Below are positions 1 to 11,913 of a DNA stretch of 64,000 nucleotides, one piece after another. How positions within the stretch are numbered: position 1 is the stretch's first letter; each line of letters begins with the position of its first letter. Below the pieces are notes generated by a model. It did not search any database, was not told where the DNA came from, and saw only the letters and a program-made list of their open reading frames with translations. The position numbers and the translations under genes were made by a program. Origin of the DNA: Candidatus Marinacidobacterales bacterium (GTDB taxonomy: Bacteria > Acidobacteriota > Vicinamibacteria > Marinacidobacterales > SMYC01); the NCBI GenBank assembly GCA_965237955.1, contig OZ250169.1, positions 1,408,001 through 1,472,000 on the forward strand. The letters are read 5' to 3'.

Positions 1-652
1 CGACAAGGCGCTGAAGCTTCGTGACGAGCTGGCGGACGTCGTCGACTTCTTCAAGGTGGGTAAAGAGCTGTTCACCGCCGTCGGGCCGCGGATTCTCGAC
101 GAGCTCGACGGAGCCCGAGTTTTTCTCGACCTGAAGTTCCACGACATTCCGAATACGGTCGCGGGCGCGGTCACCGCTGCCGCGCGTCGACGTGTCGACA
201 TCGTGGATGTCCACGCGTCGGGAGGGAGGGCGATGATGGAAGCCGCGGTGTCGGCGGCTAGAAGCGTGGATTCGTCGCCGCGCGTCTTCGGCGTTACCGT
301 GTTGACGCATCTCGATGACGATGACCTCGCCGAGCTCGGGTTCAACGATCGGAGCCGGGACCAGGTCGTGCGACTTGCCAAGCTAGCGAAAGCGAGCGGC
401 CTCGACGGCGTCGTCGCGTCGCCGCTCGAGATCGAAGCGGTGCTCGAAGCGACCTATTGCAAGCTCGACGTGCTCGTCCCAGGCGTGCGGCCGAAGTGGG
501 CGGCCGCAAGTCACGACCAGAAGCGAGTCGCGACACCGCAAGACGTCGCGCGTCGAGGCGCGCGCTACGTCGTTGTTGGGCGTGCGATCACGCAACATGA
601 ACAGCCCCGCGGCGCCGCCAAGCGAATCCTAGAAGAGCTCGACCAGCCATGA
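1..652 (+). CDS. pyrF: Orotidine-5'-phosphate decarboxylase (5' end lies outside the window)
   Basis: FKVG and DLKFHDIPNTV motifs, GVTVLT, PGVR, DQKRVATP, VVGRAIT; frame is open back to position 2. Confidence 0.95.
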   Translation, partial: DKALKLRDELADVVDFFKVGKELFTAVGPRILDELDGARVFLDLKFHDIPNTVAGAVTAAARRRVDIVDVHASGGRAMMEAAVSAARSVDSSPRVFGVTVLTHLDDDDLAELGFNDRSRDQVVRLAKLAKASGLDGVVASPLEIEAVLEATYCKLDVLVPGVRPKWAAASHDQKRVATPQDVARRGARYVVVGRAITQHEQPRGAAKRILEELDQP

Positions 653-906
653 TCGACGTCGAGATCCTCACCCGGGCGGGTTGCCACTTGTGTGACGAGA
701 TGAAAAAAGCCCTGAAGCAAGCTGCGAGTGGGTTGCCCCGTATGGAGGTTCAACTAAAGGAAACCGACATCGACACCGACGAAGAGCTCACCGCGAGATA
801 CGGCAACGACATCCCGGTGTTGTTCGTGAACGGAAGCAAAGCCTTCAAACACCACGCCACTGTCCACGAGCTAGAAAAGCGCCTGCTGATGGCCCGCCAC
901 CGCTGA
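649..906 (+). CDS. Glutaredoxin-like protein (DUF836-type)
   Basis: GCHLCD CxxC motif, DIDTD..L..RYG.DIPV; ATGA overlap with pyrF. Confidence 0.85.
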   Translation: MIDVEILTRAGCHLCDEMKKALKQAASGLPRMEVQLKETDIDTDEELTARYGNDIPVLFVNGSKAFKHHATVHELEKRLLMARHR

Positions 907-935
907 CAGGCCTTCGCGGGTCGATGGGGGAAACC

Positions 936-978
936 AAAAAAAACGCCCCGTGGCGGCCGCGCGCCACGGGAAGTTTTT
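936..978. terminator. Probable bidirectional intrinsic terminator
   Basis: CCCGTGGCG/CGCCACGGG stem at 947-970 with an A-run on the left and a T-run on the right, between convergent genes. Confidence 0.65.
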
Positions 979-985
979 GCCAGAG

Positions 986-1546
986 CTATCTCTTCGCGTC
1001 GATCTTAAAGTGCGCGCGCCGGTTGCGCTGGTGGCAGCTTTCAGTTTCCTCGGGACACAGCAGGAGCTCCTCGCCAAAGGATCTCATCTTGAGCCGGTTG
1101 GCGGGAATTCCCAGCGACTGAAGATACTCCATCGCAGCTTTGGCACGCCTCTCACCGAGGGCCAGGTTGTACTGATCGGAACCCTGGCTGTCGCAGTGGC
1201 CTTCGACCTGAATGACGACCTTGTTGTAGCTGAGATTGAGCCAGTCGGCGTTGTTCGACAACGCTGTACGTGCGTCCTCGCGTAGCGTGGACTTATCGAG
1301 GTCGAAGTGCACGTCGCTGAGGTTCCGCTGCAGCTCCGTGACCGTGGCACGCTGAAACAGCTCAGCTTCCGTCGGTTCCGGCGGCGGTGGCGGTGGTGGT
1401 GGCGGCGGTGGCGGCGGAGGTGGCGGTGGCTCCTCCGCAGGTGGTGGCGGTGGCGGTGGCGGCTCCTTGCCGCAACCGGCCAACCCCAAGACGAGAGTGA
1501 GAGCAAAGACGAGCAATCCCAGGGAGGCTATCCAAGATCTTTTCAC
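986..1546 (-). CDS. pal: Peptidoglycan-associated lipoprotein (OmpA-C domain)
   Basis: GGAGG RBS before GTG 1546, lipobox LAGC, poly-Pro linker, EGHCD..G...YNLALGERRA, NRRA. Confidence 0.9.
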   Translation of the reverse strand: MKRSWIASLGLLVFALTLVLGLAGCGKEPPPPPPPPAEEPPPPPPPPPPPPPPPPPEPTEAELFQRATVTELQRNLSDVHFDLDKSTLREDARTALSNNADWLNLSYNKVVIQVEGHCDSQGSDQYNLALGERRAKAAMEYLQSLGIPANRLKMRSFGEELLLCPEETESCHQRNRRAHFKIDAKR

Positions 1547-1758
1547 GTACTCACCTCCTGCGCGGTTTTCGATCGCGCTTCTCGAACCATCGCGCAGTAC
1601 CTTAGTTTGAATTGTCGAGAAGCGTTTCAACTGATTGAGCCAACGAGGCAGGACCCTCAACTGGCGCGATAGTCTAATCGCGTGAACTGCAACTTGTCAA
1701 CAATAGGGGGAAAAAAGACGAGCCGTAACCCCCCCCGCGGTTCGCCGTGGTTGCGTGT

Positions 1759-2241
1759 TCAGGCGACCTCATCGAGAAAGTATCGGTGGACGCGGGTATC
1801 CGTCGAAAGCTCGGGATGGAAGGTACTCACCAGGATTCGTCCCTCGCGGGCGAGAACTGCTCGCCCTCGGTGTTTCGCGAGCGTGCGAACCTCGGCGCCG
1901 GTGCGAGAGATGACAGGCGCTCGAATAAAGACCATGGGCACCGGCTCGTCGCCGAGCTCCGAACACGGCTCGAAGCACTCGTGACTATCGATTTGCCTGC
2001 CGTAGCCGTTGCGCTCGACGTCGATGTCCATGAAGCCGAGAGAGCCTTGTGATGGTTTGGTCACTCTGCGCGCCAGGAGGATTGCGCCCGCGCACGTGCC
2101 ATAGAGCGCACCGCCAGCTTCGTAGAAGGCGCGGAGCGGTTTGATCAGGTCTTCCTCCTGTATGAACTTGAGCATCGTCGTGCTCTCACCCCCGGGGAGG
2201 ATGAGAGCACGGAGCCCTCGAGCTGGGAGGCTTTACGGATC
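1759..2241 (-). pseudogene. pdxT: 5'-truncated duplicate of pdxT with a 1-nt indel near 2213
   Basis: GGEST, GTCAG, RNGYGRQ, FIRAP and FHPEL motifs; lacks the GVLALQG N-terminus; paralogous to 15150-15631. Confidence 0.9.
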
Positions 2242-2279
2242 GGATGCGTCCCCAATTTCGTGGAAAAAGAATGGCGCTC

Positions 2280-2547
2280 CTCCACTTCAGTTTCTCCGCT
2301 CCGCATGCCGAACACTTGAGCCGGGCAAAGCCCGCTTCTGCGACGCCACAATCTAGGTAGCGCGCGACGACGGTATCCACGAAGCGGCGCCAGTAACCAT
2401 ACTTTTTTTCGAAGCGCTCATCCCCAGAGAGCTTTCACATCCTTCGTAGTACAACTCGACGAGCTGATACAGGCGAGTGGCCCGGACATCGCGGGGACGG
2501 TACAGCCGAGGTGGGTCGAGAGCGGCGGAGGATGTGGCCAGGCCCAT
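2280..2547 (-). pseudogene. IS91-family transposase N-terminal zinc-binding fragment
   Basis: YRPR...T.LYQLV and RYLDCG..E.GFARLKC..CG motifs; frameshifted and truncated. Confidence 0.8.
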
Positions 2548-3004
2548 AGGGCCTGTCCATCGGCGAAGTCCATGCCAGCGCTAGCTCGCTCCTTGGTGCG
2601 AACGTCAAGCGCAAACCGGTTGAGGCGCATGAGTCTTTACGGGCGGTAGTGGGAGCGTTCAAACGGATCGTCAACAAGCGTTGACACCGGGCTGGCGCCT
2701 TTGTGGCGTAAACCGTGGTAAGTGCTGGGCGCCGGTTGCTTGGGCTCGGCGAGTTTGGTGCAAAACGCTCCAGACTCCCGCGCCGAGGGCCACGACGATC
2801 GCCATGGCGAGAACGAACGGGGGAGGGAAGGACGGTGTTTCCATTGACCCACCCATGAATCTGTGGCAGTCTTCCCTTGGTTTTTGCGGCTGATTCCACC
2901 CGGAGAACTTCGCAAGCAGCCGCGGCGGGGCATATTGGCGGTTTGTGCCCAACCACGAAGTTGAGGAAACGCTTCCGGCACAACGCACGACGTCCACTTC
3001 AACC

Positions 3005-4449
3005 GGAGATGCCCCTGAGATAGTTGAAGGTTAGGAGTGGCGGCTCCTAAGGCCGGGTTCGATAGAATCCGGCTGTGAAGGAAAAAGAAAGGAGCCACCA
3101 CGATGTCAAATTACCAAATCATCGATGCGAAGAACAGGAAGAAGCTTCGAGAGATACTGAGCTCGAAGGGGCAAGCTCTGTTGCCGTTCTTGGATGCGAT
3201 TGAGCGAACCGAGATAGCGATCGACGAAGTGATCGACGTTGCTGGCCGAGCGACGATCGAAGCGGTCTTGGATCTGTCAGCCCAAAGTGTGGCTGGGGAG
3301 AAACACCCGGGGAAGAAGGGTAGCGATGTTCGCTGGCACGGCCGGCAGGGTGGCGTAGTAAGCCTTGCGGAGCGGAAGTTGAGAGTGAGCCGGCCACGTC
3401 TGCGGCGTAAGGGAAAGGCAGAGGGAGGGGAGGTTGCGATTCCTGCCTACGAAGCGGTGAACAACTCGTCTCGGCTGAGCCAACGCATCTGGGAAATCCT
3501 GATGCTGGGTGTGTCGACGCGCAAGTACGCGTCGGTTCTTCCCGAGATGGCGGAGACGGTAGGGGTTAGCAAGAGCGAGGTGAGCCGTGAGTTCGTGGAA
3601 GCAAGCGCGGAGCAGTTGCAGGGGCTGATGGAGCATCCGCTGGACGAGCTGGAGATCGCGGTCGTGTACCTGGACGGGATTCGCTTCGGCGAGCACCACG
3701 CGCTGGCGGCAATCGGCGTAGATACAGAGGGATACAAGCATGTTCTGGGGCTTCGGGATGGAGCATCGGAGAACCAGATAGTGTGCAAGGCGCTGCTGGA
3801 GGACCTGGTCGAACGAGGCCTGAGCCCAGAGCGGTGTCGGCTGTTCGTGATCGATGGCTCCAAGGCGCTACGGGTCGCCGTCGACGCTGTGTTCGGTACC
3901 CACAACAAGGTCCAGCGTTGCAGGAAGCACAAGGAGCGCAATGTGCTCGGTTATCTGCCGCAGGAGCTGAAGCCGCAAGTGCAAGCGAGCCTGCGTTCGG
4001 CCTGGCAGCTCCCAGCAAAGAAGGGCAAAGAGCGGTTGGAGCAACAGGCGAAGTGGCTCGAGGACGACTACCCCTCGGCGGCGGAGAGCATCCGGGAGGG
4101 GCTTGACGAGATGTTCACCATCAACGAGCTCGACCTCCCCGCATCTCTGAAACGCTGCCTTGGATCGACGAACATCATCGAGTCGTGCTTCAGCGGTGCG
4201 CGAGGTCGTACCCGTCGCGTCACCCGCTGGCGCAATGGCAAGATGGTTCTGAGATGGGCCGCTTCGGCTCTGCTCGCCACGGAGAAAAATTTCCGTCGTA
4301 TCATTGGATACCAATCGCTACCGATCCTCGAAGCGAAGTTAGCGGAGGTCACTGAGAATCAAGCGCTCGACAAGCACGCCAAAGTCGGGTAAACCATGTG
4401 TCAGGAGCCGCCACCACCTCGAACCTTCAACTATGGTGGGGGCACCTCC
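3005..4449 (+). mobile_element. IS256-family insertion sequence
   Basis: Imperfect terminal inverted repeats GGAGATGCCCC..ATAGTTGAAGGTT; 8-bp target duplication CTTCAACC at 2997-3004 and 4450-4457. Confidence 0.9.
3103..4392 (+). CDS. IS256-family transposase
   Basis: GVSTR, YLDG, VIDG, QRC..HK.RN and TNIIES motifs; AAGGAG RBS. Confidence 0.92.
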   Translation: MSNYQIIDAKNRKKLREILSSKGQALLPFLDAIERTEIAIDEVIDVAGRATIEAVLDLSAQSVAGEKHPGKKGSDVRWHGRQGGVVSLAERKLRVSRPRLRRKGKAEGGEVAIPAYEAVNNSSRLSQRIWEILMLGVSTRKYASVLPEMAETVGVSKSEVSREFVEASAEQLQGLMEHPLDELEIAVVYLDGIRFGEHHALAAIGVDTEGYKHVLGLRDGASENQIVCKALLEDLVERGLSPERCRLFVIDGSKALRVAVDAVFGTHNKVQRCRKHKERNVLGYLPQELKPQVQASLRSAWQLPAKKGKERLEQQAKWLEDDYPSAAESIREGLDEMFTINELDLPASLKRCLGSTNIIESCFSGARGRTRRVTRWRNGKMVLRWAASALLATEKNFRRIIGYQSLPILEAKLAEVTENQALDKHAKVG

Positions 4450-4967
4450 CTTCAACCGGGCAGTCTATGGCACGCGTTTACATATCTTCGACGTTCGAAG
4501 ATCTTGGGAGGGAGCGTGCCGCCGCCGCCATGGCCCTAAGGCGTCTCGACTGTCACCCAATCGCCATGGAAGACTACGTGGCTTCCGACACTCGGCCGCT
4601 TGAGAAGTGCCTGGATGATGTTCGGAACTGCCAAATCTATCTCGGCATCGTCGCGCGGCGTTACGGATATCGTCCACCGGATCACGACAAGAGCGTCACC
4701 GAGCTCGAGTATGAGGAGGCGCTGAAGGCTGGTCTCCCCTGTCTCATTTTCCTCCTAGCCGACGACGCGGCTTGGCCGAGCGAGTGGATCGATACGGGTA
4801 AGGACAAAGCTTCTGTCGAGGCGTTCCGGCGCCGGCTGCGTAGGAGACACACCACGAGCTACTTCAGCGAGACCCCGAAGCTGGAGACGTTGGTCACCAC
4901 CGCTGTCGCCCTACTACAGAATACCGTTCGCCCGCCGCGGATCGTGATCCCTCCGCTGCTTCCGTAC

Positions 4968-6252
4968 CTAAGTAGTCTTTTTCATAAGTACAGTGACGTA
5001 TATTTAAGTTGCTGAAAGAGCGCCTCTCTGGCATGATTCTGCCCATTGGAGCAGATAAATGCCTAGAGAATCGCCGTTTGACATTGAGTTGACCGTCGAC
5101 GAGCACGATATCCTTGAAGAAACAGCCAGAGCATATACGTCACCGTATATCGATGTTGTTCGTGCAAAGATCATTCTGTATGCCGCCGAAGGCCTGACGA
5201 ACAAGGAGATTGGAGAGCGCCTCGACACTCCGCGACAGATCGTGAGCAAGTGGCGGAAGCGTTTTTTCGACCAACGCCTGGCAGGGCTGCAAGAGCAGCC
5301 CCGCCGGGGGCGGCCCGGCCAGTTTTCCCCCCTCCGTCGTCGTCGCCGTAAAGGCTCTCGCGTGTGAGTTGCCGCACCAAACTGGACTGCCGCTCTCACG
5401 ACTCAGCACCGCGGACCTCCGTCGAGCCGCGATCGACCGTGGGATCGTGGCGAACATCGGACAGACGACCATCTGGCGTTGGTTGAGTGAGGACGCCATT
5501 AAGCCCTGGACCCATCGTAGCTGGGTGTTCCCGCGCGACCCGGACTTCGAAGCCAAAGCAGCTCCCATTCTCGACCTCTACCAAGGACGTTGGCGTCGTA
5601 AGCCCTTCTCTGGAAACGAGTTCGTCATCAGCGCCGATGAGAAACCCCGTATCCAGTGCCGGCTTCGCACATACCCGACGACTTCGACGGCTCCAGGGCG
5701 GCCGATGCGCATCGAGCATGAGTACTCTCGTGAAGGCACGGTGAACTACCTTGCCGCATGGGATGTTCACCGCGCGAAAGTCTTCGGTCATTGCGAACCG
5801 AAGAGCACGATCGTCTCCTTCGAGCGCTTCGTCGGGCAAGTCATGCGTCGCAAGCCCTATCGCACCGCGAAGCGAGTCTTCTGGATCGTCGATAACGCTT
5901 CCATTCATCGCGGCAAAGCTTCTGTCGAGCGCTTCCGGCAACAGTGGCCTAATTCCGTACTCGTTCATACCCCAACCCATGCCAGCTGGCTCAATCAAGT
6001 CGAGATCTTCTTCTCTATCGTTCAAAGAAAGGTCCTCACCCCGAACGACTTCTTGGCACCCGACGACATCCCTTTCCATCTTTCCAAGTTCGAACGCTAC
6101 TACGAGGACATCGCTCGACCCTTTCAATGGAAATTCACCCGCAAAGACCTCAAACAGCTGATGAAACGCCTTGCCGTATACGAACCTCGTCTTGCTTCCG
6201 CCGCTTGACCGTTGAAAAATACGTCACCGAACTTTCGGGATAGCGTACTAAG
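4968..6252 (+). mobile_element. IS630-family element (two-ORF type)
   Basis: CTAAG at both ends, imperfect TIR containing GTGACGTA, HTH ORF followed by DDE ORF. Confidence 0.88.
5059..6208 (+). CDS. IS630 transposase: HTH ORF 5059-5367 plus DDE ORF, joined by a probable programmed frameshift
   Basis: RAKIIL..A.G, KWRKRF, GRP; [20 protein letters not shown]; TTTTCCCCCC slip site at ~5323-5332. Confidence 0.85.
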
Positions 6253-7105
6253 CGACCGCAGCACGCAACATTTTGAGCTGCGGCAAGCCCTGACCCGGCA
6301 TCAACATACCAAACTGCGGCGTCCCATGGTCGTCTTCGTGCACGGTGACGAGCGGCAAGCTCATAGTGCGTTCATTCAGAGACTTCAAGAGGTGATTCTT
6401 CCCGAGCTGTTGCGACTCGATCCAAAGACGCACAAGATTGATCGGTTGCTCGTCCGATGGAGTGAGCCGTTAGCCAACCTGCAACAGCGCAAGGACCGCC
6501 TGCAGCTGCGTTTGACTGAAGCGCTCAAGCATCTTCGCTCCGGCGCGTCCACGGATTATCGTCCCTGGTCTAGTCGTGAACTCGCAGTGCAACTCGCGAG
6601 ACATCAGTGCCCCGTGATGGTCTGGTCTTCCGTTCTTAGTAGCGACTGGCAGTTCAACGATCCGAGGCTCATCGAAGAATGGCTCTCCGCTTGGTCCGCC
6701 TGGCCCGATCTCCCCCATGGCCAGCTGTTGATGATCGTTCTGAGCATCCTTTACAGGGACGTTTCGCAATTCGGCCTTTTGAGACGTTGGAAGGTCCGCA
6801 AACGAAATGAGGCTATCGAATCGTTCTTAACGAAGCTTGGCTTCTCGAAGCTCTCCGGAATTTCGGGCGTCACCCTGGAGCGTCTTGAGGGGGTGAGCGA
6901 GACGGACGTGCTTCTCTGGATCGACGACCAGCTTGCCGAGTTCGCTCGTGAGACGAGGGCCGTGGACTCCGCGCCCCGCGTCATCGCCGAGAAACTCACA
7001 CCCTCGGTGCGTGAGTTCTTCGCCAGCTCGAAAGAGCTGAGCGAATCAGGAGGTGTCCCCATGGAAACCCTCGCGATCGCTTTGCGGCGCCAGCTCGCGG
7101 AATGC

Positions 7106-7238
7106 CTAGTCCCCTGGATCTTTGATTACTATACAAAGTTAGGCTTTTCGCCAGCCCATAATATTCATAAGATTCATGCACTTAGAAGTGTTTCGGCAAG
7201 CTCTGCTTTATCTAGTTTGTTCTGATACAGGGGACTAG
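7106..7238 (-). mobile_element. IS630-derived MITE, family A, copy 1
   Basis: CTAGTCCCCTG...CAGGGGACTAG ends; near-identical copies at 11914 and 32778. Confidence 0.9.
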
Positions 7239-7258
7239 CCGAAGGAAGGCAGTGAACG

Positions 7259-8254
7259 ATGGCAGCCTGGTATCGCGGCGCGGGAGTACGGGAGGCGGCG
7301 GAGGCTCGCATGGAGCTGCCAGAATCGTTACTCGAGCACCACAACGACCCGGTCGGATATATCGCGGATCCCGGCCTCATCGATGCCGTCAACGTTGCGC
7401 TTCATTTGGGGCAGCCGCTCCTCGTGACCGGGCAGCCCGGCACGGGTAAGACGCAACTTGCATACAGTATTGCTTGGGAGCTCGGATTGGAGCCGCTACT
7501 CAAATTCGAGACCAAATCGACAAGCGTCGCGCGGGATCTCTTCTATACCTACGATGCGCTTGGCAGGTTCCACGCTGCGCAGGCGGGAAACGGTTCCGAC
7601 GATGTGCTCGACTACTTGCGATTCAATGCGCTTGGGCTGGCCATCATCAGGGCCAACGAGGCCCAAGACGTGCGACACGTGGTAAAAGACTCGGCCAAGC
7701 TCGGCAAGCCGTGCCGGTCCGTCGTCCTCATCGATTAAATCGACAAGGCACCGCGCGATTTTCCCAACGACGTTCTCAATGAACTGGAAGGCATGTACTT
7801 CAAGATTCCCGAGCTCGGAAACGTCAGCGTGACAGCACGCCGAAAGTTGCGCCCGGTGCTCGTACTCACGAGCAATACCGAGAGAGATCTAGCGGAGGCT
7901 TTTCTCAGACGCTGCGTTTTCTATCACATCCCGTTTCCGGACGACAAACGTCTAAGGCAGATTGTCCACTCCCGACTGGCCGAGGCGATCGCCGGCGATT
8001 CGGGGGTCCTCGAGGCTGCCACGGAGATCTTTCAACGGTTGCGCGACCCGTCGGCGGGACTTTCGAAACAGCCCTCGACTGGGGAGTTTCTAGCATGGCT
8101 GCGCATTATCAAGCCTGGATCTGACGGGCGGCCTCTGGAGCTGGCTGATGCGACCATGATCGAGCCGACGCTCTGCTCGCTTATCAAGACAGTCGATGAC
8201 CGCCCGAAGGCGCGGGAGCTGCTGCTGGAATGGCTGGAGAGCAAACGAGAGTAA
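7259..8254 (+). pseudogene. MoxR-family AAA+ ATPase with a nonsense codon in Walker B
   Basis: GQPGTGKT Walker A; VVLID*IDKAPRDFPND (TAA at 7736-7738 where Glu is expected); TSN.ER.L.EAFLRRC. Confidence 0.9.
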
Positions 8255-10407
8255 GAGAGTCGCCCGACGGCGACCGTCTTTTCGAGTTTTTGGACCAGCT
8301 CCGCCTGGCCGGCTTTCGCATCGGAATCCGGGACTACATCACGGCTCACAGGGTGGCTGCGGCGTGCGAGGGGAAATCGGGTCAGACCGATCCGACCCGC
8401 CTTCGAAATTGGCTGGCGGCCGTGCTCTGCACCAACGCGGAGCAGCAAGACGAATTTCGTCGGCGTTTTCGCGATTGGTGGAATTCGCTCGGCCCGCCCG
8501 AGCCGTGCGCACCGCCTCCCGAACCATGGCGCGATACCGAGAGCGAGGCCATCGTCCGGAGGTCGAATCGCTCGAAGCGAACGGCTATCCAGAGCGTGAT
8601 CCTTGGCGCGCTCGTCCTCGCTGTCTGGATCGTGTATCCGTCGAAAGACCCTGCCCGCGAGGACGCGCCACCAATAGCCGACGAGACCGTAGCGGGCAGG
8701 CCAGCGATAGCCGAACGAGCGGCGACTCCGGATTCCCGGATCTCCGTGCTGGTGGTCGACTCCGACGGAAACCCTATACGTGCGGCTACCGTGTTCGTTG
8801 CAGCCGTCGGCAGCCCCGAAAATGAGTGGGTGTCGCAAGAGACATCGAACTCTGGCGAGGTCATCCTGCCTCTCGAGCCGACGCGGGGCACGAGCGCGCT
8901 TCACGTTAGCCATGTCGACTACTGGCCGCCGAATCCCTACGTGGTTTCCGAGGGCCCGGGTCGACTATCTCTCGACGTTGTACTGACCCGACGAGGCAAC
9001 ACTTGGACCCGATGGCTTGTTCGATATCAAACGAAACTCCAACTCGTCATGATGACGTTACCGCTCCTTCTCGCCGGCTGTTGGTGGAGGTGGAAGCACG
9101 CGCGGCGCGCGCTGATCCTCGAACGGCGCACCGTTCGAGGCAACCGGGAACGGGCAGACGTGGGTTTGCCGGAGCCTCCGCACCGCCTATACGAAGGTGG
9201 TGCGTTTCTCGAGGCCCGGACCGAAGCGCGGCGCTATCGCGGTACCGGTTTTGGCGACCTTGATATTGAAGCGACCGTCGAGCAGACAGTAAGTCACGTG
9301 GGCTGGTACTCACCTGCTTACCGCTCTCGCCTCGGTCTTCCGGCCTACTTGGCGCTCGTGGATCGCGCCGGGTTTCGGGACCAACAGGCTCGGCTAGTCG
9401 ACGAGTTTCTCGACCGCCTCGTCGAAGGAGGTGTACCCGTCGTTCGTTGTTCCTTCGACCGCGACCCGCGGCTGGTTGCCGTTTCGTCACGAACGGACAC
9501 CAAGCAAGTAAGCCTGCGTCGGCTGGCTTCCGCTAACGCCGATCACACTCTGTTGATGTTCAGCGACGGCGCGGGGCTTTCGGACCCGGTTACCGGGCGC
9601 CTCGCGAGCTGGACCGAGCTCTTCGCGTTTTGGAACGAGCGCGCCTTAATGACACCGACTCCGGCGGTTCATTGGGGATGGCGAGAGGTCGACTTGTCGC
9701 GGGCCGGCTTCGGTGTTCAGCCGTTTTCACCGCAATGCTTACAGCTATTCTTGCGGTCGCTGCAATTGTCAGACGGCGCGTATCCAACGCGAGCGCAGTG
9801 GCGGCCACCGTTTCCCGAGATCTTCGCCGAGCGTCCGGCGCGCTGGCTCGACCGGAACGAACTTCGACCGGATGAGCTGGAAGAGCTTTGCCGTCAGCTG
9901 CGCGCGTACCTGGGCGAGGACGGTTATCGCTGGCTCAGCTCGCTCGCGGTCTACCCGGCGCTCGAGTGGTACCTGACGCTCTCGTTGGGGCTAAGTTTGC
10001 GCCGGGTCGATGGCTCGCCAGCGCTGGATGAGGAAAGGCTCCTCAGACTCACGCGGCTGCCCTGGCTGCGCCAGGGCTTCATGCCCGACTGGCTCCGTCT
10101 TCGGCGCATCTCGGGGCTTGACCGAGACGACGAGGAGACGGTACGTGTCTTTCTCAGGAAACTACTGAGCGCGCAAGTTGAACCCGAGGGAAGCCGGTTC
10201 CGCCTTGAATTGGCGCGACCACCCGACGTCAAGAAGCGACGGAGCTGGAAACGCTTCTTTGTCGACTTGCTGCGCGCGGAACCCGCGGATAGTCCGCTCT
10301 TGGACTATGTCTTCGTCACTTTTCTACTGGAGAAAAAGCCCCAAAAGCTCCATTTGCTGGCGCCCCGGAGCTGGCATCGCTGGGTGTATGAACGGGGCCT
10401 GCGCACT

Positions 10408-11596
10408 CTAGTCCCATGGAACAGAAAAAGCTAGACAACACCGGCCCTTCTGTGATCTGCTAAATGCATGAAACACAAGGGCCGGCGAAAAGCCGAATTG
10501 AAGCTGTCGTCTCAAGAAAGCGAAGCGCTGACGCGACTGGCGCGACGCAGCCGTAGTTCGCCGCACCAAGCCTTCCGAGCGAAGATCGTGCTGGATTGCG
10601 CGGCGGGTCTGACGAATATGGAAGTTGCTAGGAAGATGCACACCATGAGGAGCACGGTGGGCAAGTGGCGAAGACGCTTTGTAGAACAACGAATGGAAGG
10701 GTTGTACGACGAACCTCGGCCGAGAGCGGCTCGCAAAATCGGCGATGACCAGATCGAGGAAGTCGTGACCAAGACGCTGGAGACGACTCCAAAGGGGAGA
10801 ACCCATTGGAGTACGCGCTCGATGGCCAAGCATCTTGGGCTGAGTCATTCGACGATTGGACGTATTTGGCGAACGTTCGGGCTTCAACCGCACCGCTCGG
10901 AATCGTTTCGTCTCTCGCAAGACCCACAACTGGTCGAAAAAGTACGCGACGTTGTTGGCCTGTATATGAACCCACCGGATAACGCGGTCGTCCTGTGCGT
11001 CGACGAGAAATCGCAGATTCAAGCGCTCGAGCGTGCTCAACCTGTCCTGCCCATGAGCTTGGGCCAGCCCGAGCGACAAACCCACGACTACATTCGGCAT
11101 GGAACGACTGACCTGTTTGCCGCACTCGACGCCGCAACAGGTGAAGTCTTCGGAAAGTGCTACGCGCGACATCGAGCGCTAGAGTTCAAGAAGTTCCTCG
11201 CTGAGATCGAAGCAGCCGTTCCCAGCGAGTTGGACATCCACGTCGTGCTCGACAATCTCGCCACGCACAAGACACCGGCGATCAAACGCTGGCTTTCCAA
11301 GCGACCTCGGTTCCACTTTCACTTCACACCGACACACGCCTCTTGGCTCAACTTCGCTGAGCGCTTCTTTGGCTTGCTCACCGAACACGCCTTGCGACGA
11401 GGCTCGCACACGAGCGTGCCTCAGCTCCGCGTTGCGATACAAGACTATCTCGATGCTCACAACGAGAACCCAAAGCCGTTCAAGTGGACGAAATCCGCCG
11501 ACCAAATCCTCGAAACCATCGCTCGGTTCGCCCAGCGAACGCTCGATACACATGGCAAATCGAATTTGGACAGTAATTAAAGATCCAGGGGACTAG
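10408..11596 (+). mobile_element. IS630-family element (single ORF) inserted at CTAG
   Basis: CTAGTCCCATGGA...TCCAGGGGACTAG ends. Confidence 0.92.
10468..11580 (+). CDS. IS630-family transposase
   Basis: [35 protein letters not shown] motifs; intact 370 aa. Confidence 0.93.
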   Translation: MKHKGRRKAELKLSSQESEALTRLARRSRSSPHQAFRAKIVLDCAAGLTNMEVARKMHTMRSTVGKWRRRFVEQRMEGLYDEPRPRAARKIGDDQIEEVVTKTLETTPKGRTHWSTRSMAKHLGLSHSTIGRIWRTFGLQPHRSESFRLSQDPQLVEKVRDVVGLYMNPPDNAVVLCVDEKSQIQALERAQPVLPMSLGQPERQTHDYIRHGTTDLFAALDAATGEVFGKCYARHRALEFKKFLAEIEAAVPSELDIHVVLDNLATHKTPAIKRWLSKRPRFHFHFTPTHASWLNFAERFFGLLTEHALRRGSHTSVPQLRVAIQDYLDAHNENPKPFKWTKSADQILETIARFAQRTLDTHGKSNLDSN

Positions 11597-11913
11597 GAGT
11601 AAGGACCGCGCCGGTGTTGGCTCTTGCCGCAGGAATCTCTCTCTATGGTCCGTTCGTTGGATCGACGCTTGAATTCGGCAACAACCTCGTGAGCGCCGAA
11701 GCTGCCTCGCGGACGAGTCTGCGGTTGCCCGGATCCGTCGAAGTGCCCCAGCTCGTTGGCTTGCCGGCTGACGCCGCACTAGAGGCCCTCCAGAACGCTG
11801 GTTTGGAGGCTCAGTCGCAAACTCAACCATCGGATCGTCCCGCCAATGAGGTCCTCACGCAGGATCCGATCCCAGGCACGATGGTCGCGCCGGGAACCGC
11901 CGTGGCTCTCGTG

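Larger units (their letters stand above)
4467..7255 (+). pseudogene. DUF4062 (TIR-like)-iSTAND protein, split by an IS630 and a MITE; 459 aa when reconstituted
   Basis: VYISSTFEDL..ER, YLGIV..RYG and SVTELEY match DUF4062; removing 4968-6247 gives in-frame LLPYLSDRSTQ followed by VFVHGDERQAH..FIQRL (iSTAND-like); removing the MITE gives ECLAEGRQ*. Confidence 0.8.

Noticed and set aside
1378-1462. GGC/GGT trinucleotide run resembling a simple repeat
   Set aside because: It encodes the poly-proline linker of Pal on the minus strand.
1759-2241. pdxT repeat pair as a diversity-generating retroelement TR/VR
   Set aside because: Differences are not adenine-specific and no reverse transcriptase is present.
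2550-2996. Short ORFs upstream of IS256 as a fourth component of the system
   Set aside because: No recognisable motif or RBS; the frame continuous with the DUF4062 gene hits TGA at 2891.
6212-7225. 337-aa ORF as an independent gene
   Set aside because: Its first ~12 codons come from the IS630 end and its last ~38 from the MITE; it is the 3' part of the DUF4062-iSTAND gene.
7736-7738. Programmed readthrough or a recoded stop in MoxR
   Set aside because: TAA ends other genes in this window (e.g. 4390-4392, 11578-11580); a nonsense mutation or base error is simpler.
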